A DNA stretch of 64,000 nucleotides from Vicugna vicugna (lineage: Eukaryota). The notes under the pieces are model-generated. The model was given only the letters and a program-made list of their open reading frames with translations, was not told the DNA's origin and ran no database searches. Of the stretch, positions 1 to 12,300 are shown piece after piece. The stretch is from contig MU058531.1 in the NCBI GenBank assembly GCA_013265495.1, positions 1,238,911 through 1,302,910 of the forward strand, read 5' to 3'. Position 1 is the first letter of the stretch, and every line of letters begins with the position of its first letter. The position numbers and the translations under genes were made by a program.

Positions 1-315
1 GAAAAAAAAATAAAGTTAAGGTGATTAAACCACACAAAAAAAAAAAACAGCATCACAACAGCTTGAATACAAAAGTAAATATAATCACCTACTCTTTTCT
101 CCTAAATCATTCATTAAAGAGATTTCCAAAGATATAAAAGCAATTCCATTCTTCTCAGTAATTTTTAATTTTGGGAAATACAGTTAATTTTTTAATTTAT
201 ATTAACATGTAATGAGTTTATTGTAATTTTAAAATAAACTTATAAGTAGCTCATTGGAGTCCTCAATAAATTTTAATTTTTTGGTCCCGGGACCGAAAGG
301 TTTGAGAACCACTGG
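1..315. mobile_element. Old interspersed repeat ending in a hAT-Charlie-like terminus
   Basis: Ends in ...GTTTGAGAACCACTG (reverse complement CAGTGGTTCTCAA), typical of Charlie/MER termini. Confidence 0.45.
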
Positions 316-319
316 TCTA

Positions 320-620
320 GGATAACTCAATTTGTAGGTCTTCTTTGATCGTAATTTACTAACAGGGCATAACATCTTTAAGGTAGAGACCCAACATCTT
401 TAAAGTATGAACCAGATTTTTTTTATCCACATGTCTTATCTGACTGTTGCCCACACACTGAAGTTTCTGGGTGGTGTTCATGGTGGCATTTCTGGTGCCA
501 GTCACAATGGCATGACTGAAGAATATCTTCAGTCCACTTCTCAAGAGAAGCTTAGTGTTATTTGAAAATTTGGAGGTTTGCCTTTCCAGGTCATTCATAA
601 AGATGTTGAGTAGAATTTCC
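320..620 (-). mobile_element. Ancient CR1/L3 LINE reverse-transcriptase remnant
   Basis: The minus frame from 616 reads ILLNIFMNDLERQTSKFSNNTKL, a decayed CR1 RT motif (LFNIFINDL...SKFADDTKL). Confidence 0.65.
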
Positions 621-2669
621 TTCCATACTTATTAACCTTTATATGTTTTGTGCCTCAAAGACATCTGCCTGTGACTAAATGTTGCCTCAGTTTCATGAAA
701 TCTTAACATCAGGGTAGCCTGTGGTGTGGAATTGACTGAAAGGCTGATAACTGTCAATATCACCCACTTCCATAGAGACACCATTCTCCATAGACATACG
801 GGACCCCTTGAGGATTCATTTTTCAGGCATGATCTCTCCTTCCAGAATCATTTCCCCAAATAGTTTATGCTTGATTCAGTACTCCTTGATCTTGCAGCTG
901 GAGTGACTTACTTTCTAGAGTCCTAGTCGCTCAGAGATGGCTCATATTAAAACGGCACTCCCTGTTCTGTGTGCTCCTCAAATTTCTGACTAATTTTTGA
1001 TATGAATTTGATCTGACAGAAGTTATATGCTTTCCTGTTTCTGTCATTTGTGGAATGTTTCCCTTCTCCCATGAAACCCTTTACCTCTAGTGATTTTGCT
1101 TGCTGCTCTAGTGAACAACATAGGATTTTCCCTCCAACATCTAATTTGTAAAATTGGTGACATTCATTTCTTAAGAAGGTACTTTAAAATTCTTTGTATT
1201 ATTTTTAAAATGAACTGCAGGTATTTATTTCCATCTAGCAATTTAGTCTTATTTTATTTTTAAAAATAAGTATTTTGATGGATTTTTTTTCCTTCCTTTT
1301 CCTCTCTAGAGTCTGAGCTCAATCATGCTGTCACTGTTATGTAACAGCTCACCCCCAGCTACTTGCTGGAGCTATTCCTGATCACCACTCAGGACAAAAG
1401 CCAATATATCTCTTTCCTGTGGACTTAAAGACTAACTTTTCACAGAAATAATTTGTATTCTCCCAACCTCTTTATTTCTAGATCTGATCCAGATTCAAGA
1501 AGAATTGTGACAATTTGTGTAGATCCTTCTAATGATGGTAAGTCCTTGGCTATTATCATTTGATCTACTTTTGTTAGCTTCCCTTCTTATTACAAATGTC
1601 AGCTCACGTCCATCATTCAGTTCAGTAACTGGGTGTTGAACACACACTGGAATAAGTGCTATGGGGATACAAATATGAAGGGTGATGTAAAAGGCACACA
1701 GTGGTCTCTGACCTTCCAAGAGTCCATTCCAGTGGAGGAGACAAAGGCTGACGTGAGCAGCTGTGTCTGGCACTAACGAAGCACTTTGGGAGCGCAGAGC
1801 GGGGAGGCGGGAACTCCTGTTGCCATTGCTGTGTTACTGAAGGTGACTGTGCCTTCAGGGTCTCTGTCAGCTCTCCGTGTAGACCTTGTTTCCCTGAACT
1901 ACACCAGGCTCGGCATCTGAGAGGCTCGCGGGATAAGTGCAAGGACATTTGTGTCCATCCACCTCAAGAGGTCGTGTCTGACACCCTGCACTTCCCAGCG
2001 GACACCCTCCTGGTGGGCTCTCCGGCTGCTGTCGAGCTGCACTGCCTGGAATAACGCATGCCCAGACCCCACTGCACTCCAACACTGTGGCTGCGCCTGA
2101 CAGCGCCTTGGGTGCTGGGCTCTACTGCCATTACTGGAAGCACTGGAAAAGCTCTAGAGGCTGCGACAATATTTTTATCCAGTCTCTGAGGTCTGAGAAA
2201 GTGGTCAGTTCCAGTTAGCTTTCAGCACTTATGATGGCCTGTCTCTTTTGCTTAGCCCTCAGGAGCAGGACTTGGTAAAAGCTCTGCGGAGTGGGGATGG
2301 AGGTGGAAGAGACGTCTTAAGAGTCATCACCACGTGTATTGAGTGCTCATAAATACATTTTTCCTCCTCACAGTAAATGCTCTGCCTTCCTGGAGGCATG
2401 CCAATCCCAGAAACTCTCCCTCTCTCTATTGAGCTCTATGACCCAGGGACCCGAGAATCTATCAGCTTCAAAGTGCCTTCCCCATTTATGCCAGGAATAG
2501 AGACCCTCATGCAAATAGAGTCATGATGGACACGGCCTGACTGTTTCCATGTGATGTGAGTGGACTAGTTGTCTGTTTCTAAGCTCCATGAGGACAGGGG
2601 CAGTGTGTGTATTGCTTATCACTGGAACCCTAATGCCTGGGAAGAAACATTTTTGCCTAGCAAACCTGA

Positions 2670-2781
2670 TAGAGTGACAACCATCCTGGTTTGCCTGGGG
2701 CTCGGAGGCTTCTGAGGACATGGCACTTTCAGGGCTAAAACAAGGACAGTCCTGAGCAAACTTGGACAATTGGTCACCCTA
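2670..2781. mobile_element. hAT-Blackjack MITE (MER81/MER94-like)
   Basis: Imperfect terminal inverted repeats AGAGTGACAACCATCCTGGTTTGC...GCAAACTTGGACAATTGGTCACCCT. Confidence 0.7.
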
Positions 2782-2850
2782 CTCATTAGAAAACCCAAAT
2801 GGAAGAGAGAATCTGAGCGTCCACATGTACACAATGTAGTCTACTGCCTT

Positions 2851-3727
2851 TGAAGGGGAAAACCCAGTTCTTCCCTACTGTGTGTTTCTTCCCTGTGATT
2901 CTCCTTGACTGTTGGCACAAAACACTGCACTTGTGGTCACTAAATATGTGGAGGTTTTTCCCCTACACCAGGCAATTCTCTCCAACACCAGCTGGGTGTC
3001 CTACAGTTGAACTCAGTTCTAACACCGCAGGTAGCTCAGATCCCGCAGGTGAAGGGCTCAGTCCCACAAGACTGTTCCCCATCCTACCCTGTCCTCACAC
3101 ACATGCTTCAGAGGTCAATTAAAAGCCCTGACTATCACCTGTGCCTCTGACCATCACCTGTGCCTCTGACCACCTGTCTGGAGATCGGAGGTTGCAATGA
3201 CTCTCTCTTTGGGTGTGATTAATTTGCTAGAGTGGCTCACAGAACTTGGGAAACACTTTCTTATGTATATTAAAGGACATGATGAAGGCTGCAGATGAAT
3301 AGCCAGATGAAGAGATATATAGGGCGAGGTCTGGGAGGTTCCTGAGCACAGAAGCTTTTATCCTCACAGAGGCTGGGGGCATCATGCTCCCAATGTGGAT
3401 GTGGTTACCCACCTGGAAGCTTCCCAAACCCCATACTGTCAGGATTTTATGGAGGCTTCCTCACATACACATAATCCATTATGAATTCTACTCCCAGCCC
3501 CTCTCTCCTCTCTGGGGGATGAGGGGTGGAGCTGAACATTCCAATCTTCTAATCATAGCTTAGTCTTTCTGGTGACCAGTCCCCAGCCAGAAGCTCACCC
3601 AGGGTCACCTCATTAGAACAAAAGATGCCCCTCGTGCTCTAATCACTAAAGAAATTACAAGGGTTTTAGGAACTCTGTGCCAGGAACTGGGGGGCAGAAA
3701 CCAATACATGTTTTCTATGATCTCACA
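2851..3727. mobile_element. Solo LTR, MER21-like
   Basis: TG...CA ends and characteristic internal motifs (CACCAGCTGGGTGTCCTACA, AATTTGCTAGAGTGGCTCACAGAACT, CATTAGAACAAAAGA). Confidence 0.7.
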
Positions 3728-4614
3728 CCGTGGTTAACCAAGAAGTAAACTGCTGCTTTCAGGATTAAAAAAGAAAGTGAAAGAATTTTCACTGAGTTTG
3801 TTTTGATAGATTATTAACCAAGTCAAGCTAACTTAATGAAACGGCACCTTTCCATATTAAAAATTACACAGTGATATTTTAGAACCTATGACAACATTAA
3901 AACCACCAAGAGTTTGCAGAACTTATAAATATAAGATTCTCCCTGCACCATGCCAACGCAATCTAACAGCATCCCAAAGTGAGAAGCCATAAAAGAATTT
4001 TCTTCATTAGATTGCAAGTAACTGCAATGTCATTTCTCCCAAAACTAATCTGAGAAAAACCAAAGCCCCTGTTGCTCTGGAAATGAAATAATAGTGAAAG
4101 AATACTCATCTCATAAAACAACTACTTCTGGTGAGAAATATAAGTAATGAATTTGCATTACGTTCAATACTTGACAATGAATTTTTCTAAAATACCCTGA
4201 ACAACCACACAGATTTTTCTGTTTCAAATGAATATTCATTATATTCAAAATTCAGGGAGTGAGGGGAACAGCAGCATAGCTTATTCAATGAGTAAATAAT
4301 ATCACTTAACAAAAAGTGTCCTATCATTTCCCATGATTTACTTACGTACCTGATGACAAACAAACACTAATTCCTTGCAACCCATGTAAGTGACCCCTTC
4401 CAACTGAAATCAACGACGCATGTGTGGCTTCTGCCTCATTCTTCCTCTGTCAGACAAGTCTTGATGATTCTGCCTTTATGATACTTTTTCTGATTCTTTT
4501 CTTCTGCCCAAGTTGATCCTAGGTCTAACATAATGGGAATAGAAATAGAATGTGGATCATTTTACAGTACTTTTGGGTTGGTTAGCCAAGCAGTGGTGGG
4601 GGAAAAAGAAAAGA

Positions 4615-4830
4615 ACACGTACTGAGTACCTACAGTGTGCCAATAAATAAGTTTATTCACTCCTTGAAATTACTCTGAGAGGTAGGTACTTTTATCCCTG
4701 TTTGCTTATGAGGAAACTGAGGTTCAGAATGTTTGAATATACTGAATGTGTCGTTCAGCTACCGAGCTGTAAAATTCAGATTCAGTTTCAGGCAGTCTCT
4801 CTCTTGGGGCTGTGTTCTTCCACTGTATCT
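4615..4830 (-). mobile_element. MIR SINE
   Basis: ACTGAGTACCTACAGTGTGCCA...ATGAGGAAACTGAGGTTCAGA MIR core. Confidence 0.7.
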
Positions 4831-5529
4831 TACCTGGATGAACACACCCAGGTGCTTGACTGGCCTATGATAAGTGAATAATTTGGACACAGTTAATTAG
4901 AATGTGAATCTTCATGGTTTTAACTACTAAAAATGTAAGAATATTAACTTTTACTTTTAGATTTTATTATGGACATGATTTTATAACTTTAAATTTTGAT
5001 TAAGCTCAGTTAATAAGCTGCCTACATAATAAATTTTGCTTGCCTCCTCCCAAAATATTAAAACTCACCACTTTATAGATAAACCTGCTTCAGTATATAT
5101 TAGTAGTGTAAACTGGGATTTTATATTATCTTAGAAGTTAATCCAGTTTAGGATAACTCATTTTATTTTTGGTGTTTTTTTGTTTCTTTGTTTTAATTTT
5201 TCTCTTTAATTTGCTCTGTAATTCCAAATTTCCATTTTGGTTTCAAATTATCATGTTTTAGGATATCTCATTTTGGATCAAATTATCTTATACATGATGC
5301 AGTGGATCACCCATAAAGCCATAACTGCTAAATAATCTTTTATTCATTCAAAAAAAATTTAGCCTCAAATGCTTAGCTTTATTAAAACTTACTTTACCCT
5401 GGTCAAGTGATATTATATTCTTTGTTAGCTTATTTACTAATACTAATTTTATTTACCTTAAAGTATTTTTGGATTATGAAATAAAAAATAGATGTCATTA
5501 TTACAAATTAAACAATGCAGACGTGTATA

Positions 5530-5890
5530 AAGAGAAATGTAATAGGACAGATGAGGTTAGAAAGACAGGCAGAGATCAGTTTATGTGGATTCTATGGGCC
5601 AGATAAAGGAGTTTGGACTTTACTTCCATTCAGTAGAAAGCTAATGGAAGACTTTAAGCAGGAGAAAACGCTGATTTACGCTTTAAGAAAAGCACCCGGC
5701 TGCCGTATGAGGAGTGGACCATAAAGGAGGGCGAAAGTGGGCCCTAGAAGGCCATTTGAGAGACGTGGTTGATGTCTGGGGAAAAGACAGTGGTAAGTGG
5801 GAATGGCAGGAAAACAGTGGAAGTGGAGAGCAGGTCGTGTTTGGTATCTTATTGGTGGATTGGACTGTGGGCTGGGCTGGCGAGAGAAAG
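5530..5890 (-). mobile_element. L2 LINE fragment
   Basis: GATAAAGGAGTTTGGACTTTA...GAAAGCTAATGGAAGACTTTAAGCAGGAG L2-type motifs. Confidence 0.6.
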
Positions 5891-6040
5891 CAGAGACAAC
5901 AGTCTGCTAGGTGGAGAACAACAGAGCAGCAGGATGCTTCCCTGGTTGCAAGATTTACATGTGTGCATGTCTCGGGGATAGAGTGGCTCCTGGAATTTAA
6001 TCCTGCTCTATTGCTCACATACGTTTTGGGCTTTTACAAC

Positions 6041-6590
6041 TGTGGCCAGTACACTCTAGGGTGGTCCCCATGATCCCAACTGCTGGGTGCGCATGTCTTG
6101 TGTGCTCCTCTCCCCTTGAGCAGTGAGACCCGTGGTTTGCTTCTAACCAATGGAATATAGCAAATGTGACAGGATGTACATGGATACCTGGACTTGACTC
6201 TGTTACCTAATACTGAAACCCATTTTTGCAAGGAAACTCTCTCTTGTTGACTTTGGAGAAGCAAGTTGTTTATTGTGAGCTGACCTGTGAAGACGGCCGG
6301 GCGGCGGCAACTGAGGGCAGCCTCCAATTAAGAGCCAGCAAGAGACTGAGGCCTTCAGTGCAAAACTGGAAACGAATTAAATGCCAACAACTACATGGGT
6401 TTGGAAGCGACTCCTTCCTCAGTCAAGCCTCAGATAAGACAGGAGCCCCAGTCAATCCCTTTTGATACCCTAAGGCAGCTACGTTGTGCTCAAATTCCTG
6501 ATCCACAGAAACTGTGACATAATACATGTGTGTCATTTTAAGCTGTATAGTTGAGGTAACATTGCTAAGTAGAAACAGATAGCTAACATA
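6041..6590 (+). mobile_element. MLT1 (MaLR) solo LTR, MLT1F/H-like
   Basis: TGTGG start, CCCATGATCCC, TCCTGATCCACAGAAACTGTGA, TTTTAAGCTG and MaLR-type 3' end. Confidence 0.75.
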
Positions 6591-7819
6591 CCAATTTTCT
6601 TAAACAAGAAATTTTAGTCAACAGGATTCAGATTTCTTCCATATATAAATGCCCATCCCTGTTTTGGAAAGTTTGCTTTTTGTAAATATATAGTAATTAT
6701 AAATGGGTAAGTCTGTGTACCCTTTCCAGTAGCGTAAATATAGAAGTATTGCAAACATCTGTCAATTGAACGCTTATAGAATGATAAGCCACAAGAAAAT
6801 CTGGATAGGTGAAGCCACTTGCCCAAGTTCCTACAGCTAGTTAGTGACAAGTCCAAGAACAAAACATACCATACTGAAATGTGATTTTAGCATTCCCATA
6901 ATGCATAACCATGAGGAAAGTCTTGACAAGCTTCCATTTTTAAAGTATATACCATCAAAACCTTTCAAGAACTCCCAAAAGGCGGAATTTTTCTCACCTA
7001 GAAAGTATACTGCCATATGTAAACTTCAGCATTAGGAAACTCATCAGAGCTGAAGAAAATGGCTTTTCTTTTTATTTGGCTCCTTGCTTCACTCTACATT
7101 TTTTAATAATAAAGGAGAAAATTTTTTTAGCTTTTATATTTCACTTGGGATTTTATGAAATACGTATGTGGCCATAGTGGATGCTGAAAAAGGAGAGAAA
7201 AGCCTGTGCTCTCGAAAAGCTGCTAGTTTGAAGTGGCACAGATAGATTTGTCTTGGCTTCATGGCCTTGGTAAGAAGCATGGACAATATTGCATGCACAA
7301 TGCCTGGCACAGAGTAAATGTACCTGTTACTGCTGTCACCAGACAGAAAGGACAAGGGACGTGCACAGGGACCACGTGGACCAAACTTAAAGCAAATGAT
7401 GAAGCAAACCTGACTACCCTATTATTTTGTAATTACCCATAGTTTTCTTTCAACAGTTTGTCATCCCATTCAATAAAGACCTCGATAACAAGAAAAGAGA
7501 ATGTTCAGCAGCATGCTGAGAGTACCTGGAAATGATTCATCAAAGGGGACAATTGCTCAGCCATTGCCAGGTATAGAGAGTGGCAGAAACTTGCACCAAA
7601 ACAAAATACTTTTGGACTTAATCTAGAAGCCTGCGATGTGTTAATAGGTAAACTGCAGTGCTGAGCAGGCAAAACCTGTTATCTCTTCAGTTCTTTCGGG
7701 CAGACATTTACTGAGCACCTACTGCGGATCAAAAACACTGTACTAGACACTGGGGATGTGAATATGATTAAGATACATTCTTTGGCTCCAGTAAAAAGAA
7801 ATCGTAATAGAGTTCTGCT

Positions 7820-7975
7820 ACCCCACGGCTTCCGAATGGAGTGATAAAGATGTTCTAAAAGTGATTGCAATGATGGTTGCACAACCTTGTGAATATAGTT
7901 TAAAAAAACCATTGAATTGTACATTTTAAGTGGGTGAGCTGTATGGTATGCCAATTACATCGCAATAAAACAGTT
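7820..7975 (+). mobile_element. L1M 3' end fragment
   Basis: ATGATGGTTGCACAACCTTGTGAATATA...CCATTGAATTGTACATTTTAA...AATAAAA. Confidence 0.8.
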
Positions 7976-7998
7976 TGGAAAACAAAGGCACAATAGAT

Positions 7999-8512
7999 GT
8001 TGGATCATTGAGTGCTCAAATGGCCTCAGTTTTTCCCACCTCCCTGTATCCAAGCCCTTTGCTTGTGACTTTCTACTTTCCTCCTCTGAAGAGGTAGAGT
8101 TATTTCCCCACCCATCAATTCTGGGTTGACCTTATGACTTGCTGTTTCTAATAGAATGCAGGGAAGTGATGTGGTGCCAGTGCTGACCCTGGGACTCAAG
8201 AACCCTTGCATGTTTCCGTTTGACCTTTGCTCTGCTGTCATTGCCATGAGAACACGCTTAGATTAGCTTGATAGATCAGAGACATGGTGCAGGGTAGATT
8301 CTCTTGAATCATCCCGAGGCTGTCCTAGATTAGCCAAAAGCCAGCCAGTTCCCAGACATGAGCCCAGTCGTGACCAGAAAAACCACCCGGTCAAACCCAG
8401 CCTGAGTTGTTACCCTTCAGAGTTACAAGCTAGATATTTCTGTTTTCAGCCACTGTGTTTTGGAATTGTTTGCAGAATTTTTTTTTTCTGGTGGAAATAG
8501 TTAACTGATACA
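7999..8512 (+). mobile_element. MLT1 solo LTR (MLT1G-like)
   Basis: GACTTGCTGTTTCTAATAGAATGCAGGGAAGTGATG motif and ...TTAACTGATACA end. Confidence 0.7.
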
Positions 8513-8829
8513 GTGGGATAACGTAGCATTCAAGTGTCATCTCATGAACTTGAAGAAAAATGATAGAGGATAGTGAATGAAATTCAGAACTTCCTGGTCA
8601 CCGTCTCTTACAGAGAAGGGGTGGGAGGGTTAGAATACATATAGTCAGTGGGGTGGGTGTGTGTATGTGTGTACACACAAAAAAATACATAAAAATATAA
8701 AAAATACTGGTCACAAGTAGCACAAGGTGGTTGGAACTCCACAGTCACATTTTAAAACATAGCGTATACTATTTACTATCTAGTCATGATTACATTGAAA
8801 ATTTTACCTTAACTTTTTCAATATAAAAG

Positions 8830-9305
8830 CTTACCCAAACAACATCACATCTACAATATTCATACCAAAAATGTACAACGTCAATCTACTCATGAGAAAA
8901 TGTCAGAGTAATCCAAATTGTGGAACATTCTGGTAAAAAATACTGGCCAGTACCTAGAAAAGTATCAAGGTCATAAAAGACCAAAAAAAAAAAATTTGAG
9001 GAACTTTCCAAGATTGGAGGAAATAAAGGAGACATGGCAATTAAATAAAATGTGGAATCCTTGGATTCTAGTACAGAAAAAGGATATTAGTGGAATAATT
9101 TGCAAATTTTGAATAAGCTCTGTAGATTAGCTAATAGTAAAAAGTATCAAATCAGTGTTAATTTTTAGGTTTCAATAACTGTACCATGTAAATAAATTTC
9201 AACATTTGTAGAAGCCGGGGGAAGGATTATACAGGAATATATATTTTGCAACTTTTTTCTAGGTCTAAAACTATTTCAAGGTAAAAATCTTTTTAAATAA
9301 GAAAG
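8830..9305 (+). mobile_element. L1ME 3' region fragment
   Basis: AATCCAAATTGTGGAACATTCT, AATGTGGAATCCTTGGATTCT, TTTTGCAACTTTT motifs. Confidence 0.7.
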
Positions 9306-9384
9306 TTAGGCCAAGGGTACTGTGATCACATTTACAATTTTTTAAGAGAGGGGGCACAGTATATAAAAAACTATTAACAGAGCA

Positions 9385-10185
9385 AATAATTCATTGACAT
9401 ACCAGACACTATTCTAGACATTAGGGTTATAGCAGTCAGCAAGACAGAAAAATCACTGGACGCTCTTTTAAGTAGACAGAAATATACAGGATAATTTCAG
9501 CTGGTGCTCAATACTATGTGGCAAATAAAACAGTGTGAATGAGTAAAAACAGATTGGGTGAGCTACTTTAGATGATGTGGCCAGGAAAACTCTCTTTTTG
9601 GAACTGTCATGTGAATGAGATCTGCCTGACCCAGGAGCTGACTTCGTGACAGTATGGAAGGGCCATTCTAGGCAAGGAAAAGCAAAGCAAAGGCCCTGGG
9701 GCAGAAGCAAATATGAAGAATGCCAGGAAGAGAAAAGCTAGACTAGCCAGTGTGGGATGTGGCCAGGTCAGACTAGAGCATAGTCCATAAAGCCGGGTTG
9801 GGACAAGACTGACATTCTTAAAAACATCGTTTCATTTTTAGGGGAAAAGGACCTGCAGGAGAACAAGAATGGAAGGAGGGAGGCCTGCTAGGAGGCAACT
9901 GCCATAGTCCAGAGAAGGAGGGTGGTGGCTTGATTAGGGCAGCTACTGAAGATAGAAAGCAGCGAATGATGCCAGATGCATTGTGTTGGAGGTCAGGCTA
10001 AGTTCTGCTGATGAACTGAACGTGGGAGGAGAGGCAAAGCAAGGAATCTAGGCTAATTCCTTGTTCTCTTGTGCAGCTTGGATGGATTTGGGTGCCAGTT
10101 ACCTTGGAAGAGTGATGGAAACAGTTTTCTTGGGGGAAAAAAATCAAGAATTCTGTTCTGCATAGATTGAATTTGAGACATTAGA
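9385..10185 (-). mobile_element. L2 LINE fragment
   Basis: TTCATTGACATACCAGACACTATTCTAG...GGCCATTCTAGGCAAGGAAAAGCAAAGCAAAGGCCCTG. Confidence 0.65.
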
Positions 10186-10727
10186 GCTTCATTAGTTCAG
10201 GTTTTTGCAGTATTTCAGGTTTCTCAGGTTTCAGGATTATGGGGGCAGTATGTGTAAATGTATTTATTTCCAGGAGCTTAACATTTTGAAGAAAGAAATA
10301 ATGAAGTAGGTTTAGGAACACTCAAAATATGTTAGACCAACCAGGTGCCTCAATTATTAAAGACGGAGACATCTCACCTGGAAAACTCACTGAGCTGAGA
10401 AGAATATATAGAACACATGGCTCCATCCTTAAAACAAGTGGTTATAGAATTCACAAAAAAAAGCAATGAATTAAATTTTTTCCTGAGCATGAACAATGGT
10501 GGGCATCCATGGGTGAGCCTTTTTACAATTGTCATCACCTGTAAATACAACAGCTTCCACAAGAAAAACAAATGAAATCCTGCTCGTGCCCTTCAGGTTT
10601 AAGAAAGGGAACTCTGACCGAAGGTGCCTGTGGGAAGAGATATAATGGTGACTTCCTTTCTCTTCCTTTTAAAGGAACAGGGCACAGGGAACCTGGAGAC
10701 GAGAGGCGGGTAACTACCGGAGGGACT

Positions 10728-11398
10728 ATGGTGTTGTGGTCAAGGGGCTGGACTGTTGAGCCCAAGAACCTGTGCTCTAATCCTGCCTCCACCACTCTGG
10801 TTGTAGAACTTGGTTCAGGTCCCATAACTTCCCTGTGCCTCGGTTATATCATCTGTAAAACAAGGAATCATGTGGGGTAGACCCTGTGATGCTTGCCCCT
10901 TTCCTTCCCCAGATTCCCCCCTCAGCTGCTGGGAGTGTTAGTAGAAGACGGCATTCACCTGTTAGCCCTCCTTGGGCATCGCCTTGGCTAATGACCTCTC
11001 TCCCAAGGTCACACCTCCTTCCGGGGCAGCCCACCTGCAATGACTAATTCACAAGGAAGATAAAGGCCTGAATCCTCCCCCGAACCAGAAGAGCGAGAAG
11101 AGCCTTCCGAGCCCCAGAGCTCCAAATGGGGCTGACTGCGGACTTCATCGCGCTTCCACCTCAGTGTCTCACCCTACCCGATCCTGTTTCCTTCTCCTCA
11201 CTTCCCAGAGCCGATCTCAAGACCACTCTGGGAGAAACATCTTGCAGTGTTCATCACCAGCTCAGAGCTTGCTCCCTGGGGAACCAACCTGTAAGGTAAG
11301 AGTACCCTCCACATAGGGTGATCCTGAGGAATAAATAAGTCACTATACATAAGGCACTTAAAAGAGTGTGTGGGATATAAGTGTTAGCTATTATTATT
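10728..11398 (+). mobile_element. MIR (10728-10870 and 11297-11398) interrupted by an LTR16-like solo LTR (10871-11296)
   Basis: MIR core CCCTGTGCCTCGGTTATATCATCTGTAAAA breaks at TGTGGGGTAG and resumes at AGTACCCTCCACATAGGGT. The insert has LTR16 motifs (CAGCTGCTGGGAGTGTT, CCCAAGGTCACACC). Confidence 0.7.
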
Positions 11399-11974
11399 AA
11401 ATGTTTTCTTATGAGATTATCAGTGCCTATCTCTGTTTGCAAACTGATTATAAACACTTTATATGTTGGGGTTTTTTAAATGGAGAAAAAATTAGCATGA
11501 ATTATATTTTTATTAGGCTGTGATTACATACATCGCCTGATAGAGACTTCTTCATGATAGAAACTGGCATTTTTTGGGTCTTCTGAGATGAGGCTCTCAT
11601 CTTCTGATTTGAGAGGAAACTGGTGTCCTGAGTTTAGTCCATTCTGTTCAGACGGAATAGTTCTGACAACCAGAGGGAGGGCTGGCTATTAAGCTCATTT
11701 TGTCACTGCATTTTTTTTTCTGGTTCATAAGTATTTGATCCTTATGGACTGAAATAGAGATGGAACTTTTCCCTTAAAACTGAAGGTTCTAAAAACAAGA
11801 ATAATCAGAAAGCTTCTGTACTTGAAAGCAGCAAACACAAGATGCCATAAAGCTAAATTTGAAAAACAAATGTTATCCAGAAAATCAGATTATACATTAG
11901 ATGAAGCCACAGTCAAATACATCAGGAGAAAGAAAGAATTGACAAATGCAAGCTGGATGGAAAGTAGAGGCCAT

Positions 11975-12300
11975 GGTTGGTAAGAAGTTATCTTTGTTTT
12001 ACCTATAATTCTTCAAAGAGCATTTGTTGTATAATTGGGTTAAAGCTATGGTTACAGCATATACAATGGGTGACTATATTCCTCTTCTTCCAGTTGGAAA
12101 GCCAAGAAATCTGTTTCCATTCCCCCAAATTAGTCCAATATTATTTCCTAATATAAAGCCTCCATCCTGTGAATAGTTTTGGAAATAATCACCAAAAGAA
12201 GTAACCCTCCCTGTCCTGTTCACTGGGACTTCTGGGCTGTTTGCGTCTTATCTACTTGTATTCATTTGAAGGCCTTTGGCTTACGTGAGACTCCACACCT
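11975..12300 (-). other. Retroposed NUDT9 3'UTR-derived sequence
   Basis: Minus-strand motifs after the stop (GTAAGCCAAAGGCC; ATGCTCTTTGAAGAAT...AAAGATAA) resemble the NUDT9 3'UTR as recalled. No clear poly(A) or TSD remains. Confidence 0.5.

Noticed and set aside
11700..11722. T-run as the poly(A) tail of the NUDT9 retrocopy
   Set aside because: No matching TSD at the 5' boundary (~13518) and no nearby poly(A) signal, so it cannot be assigned.
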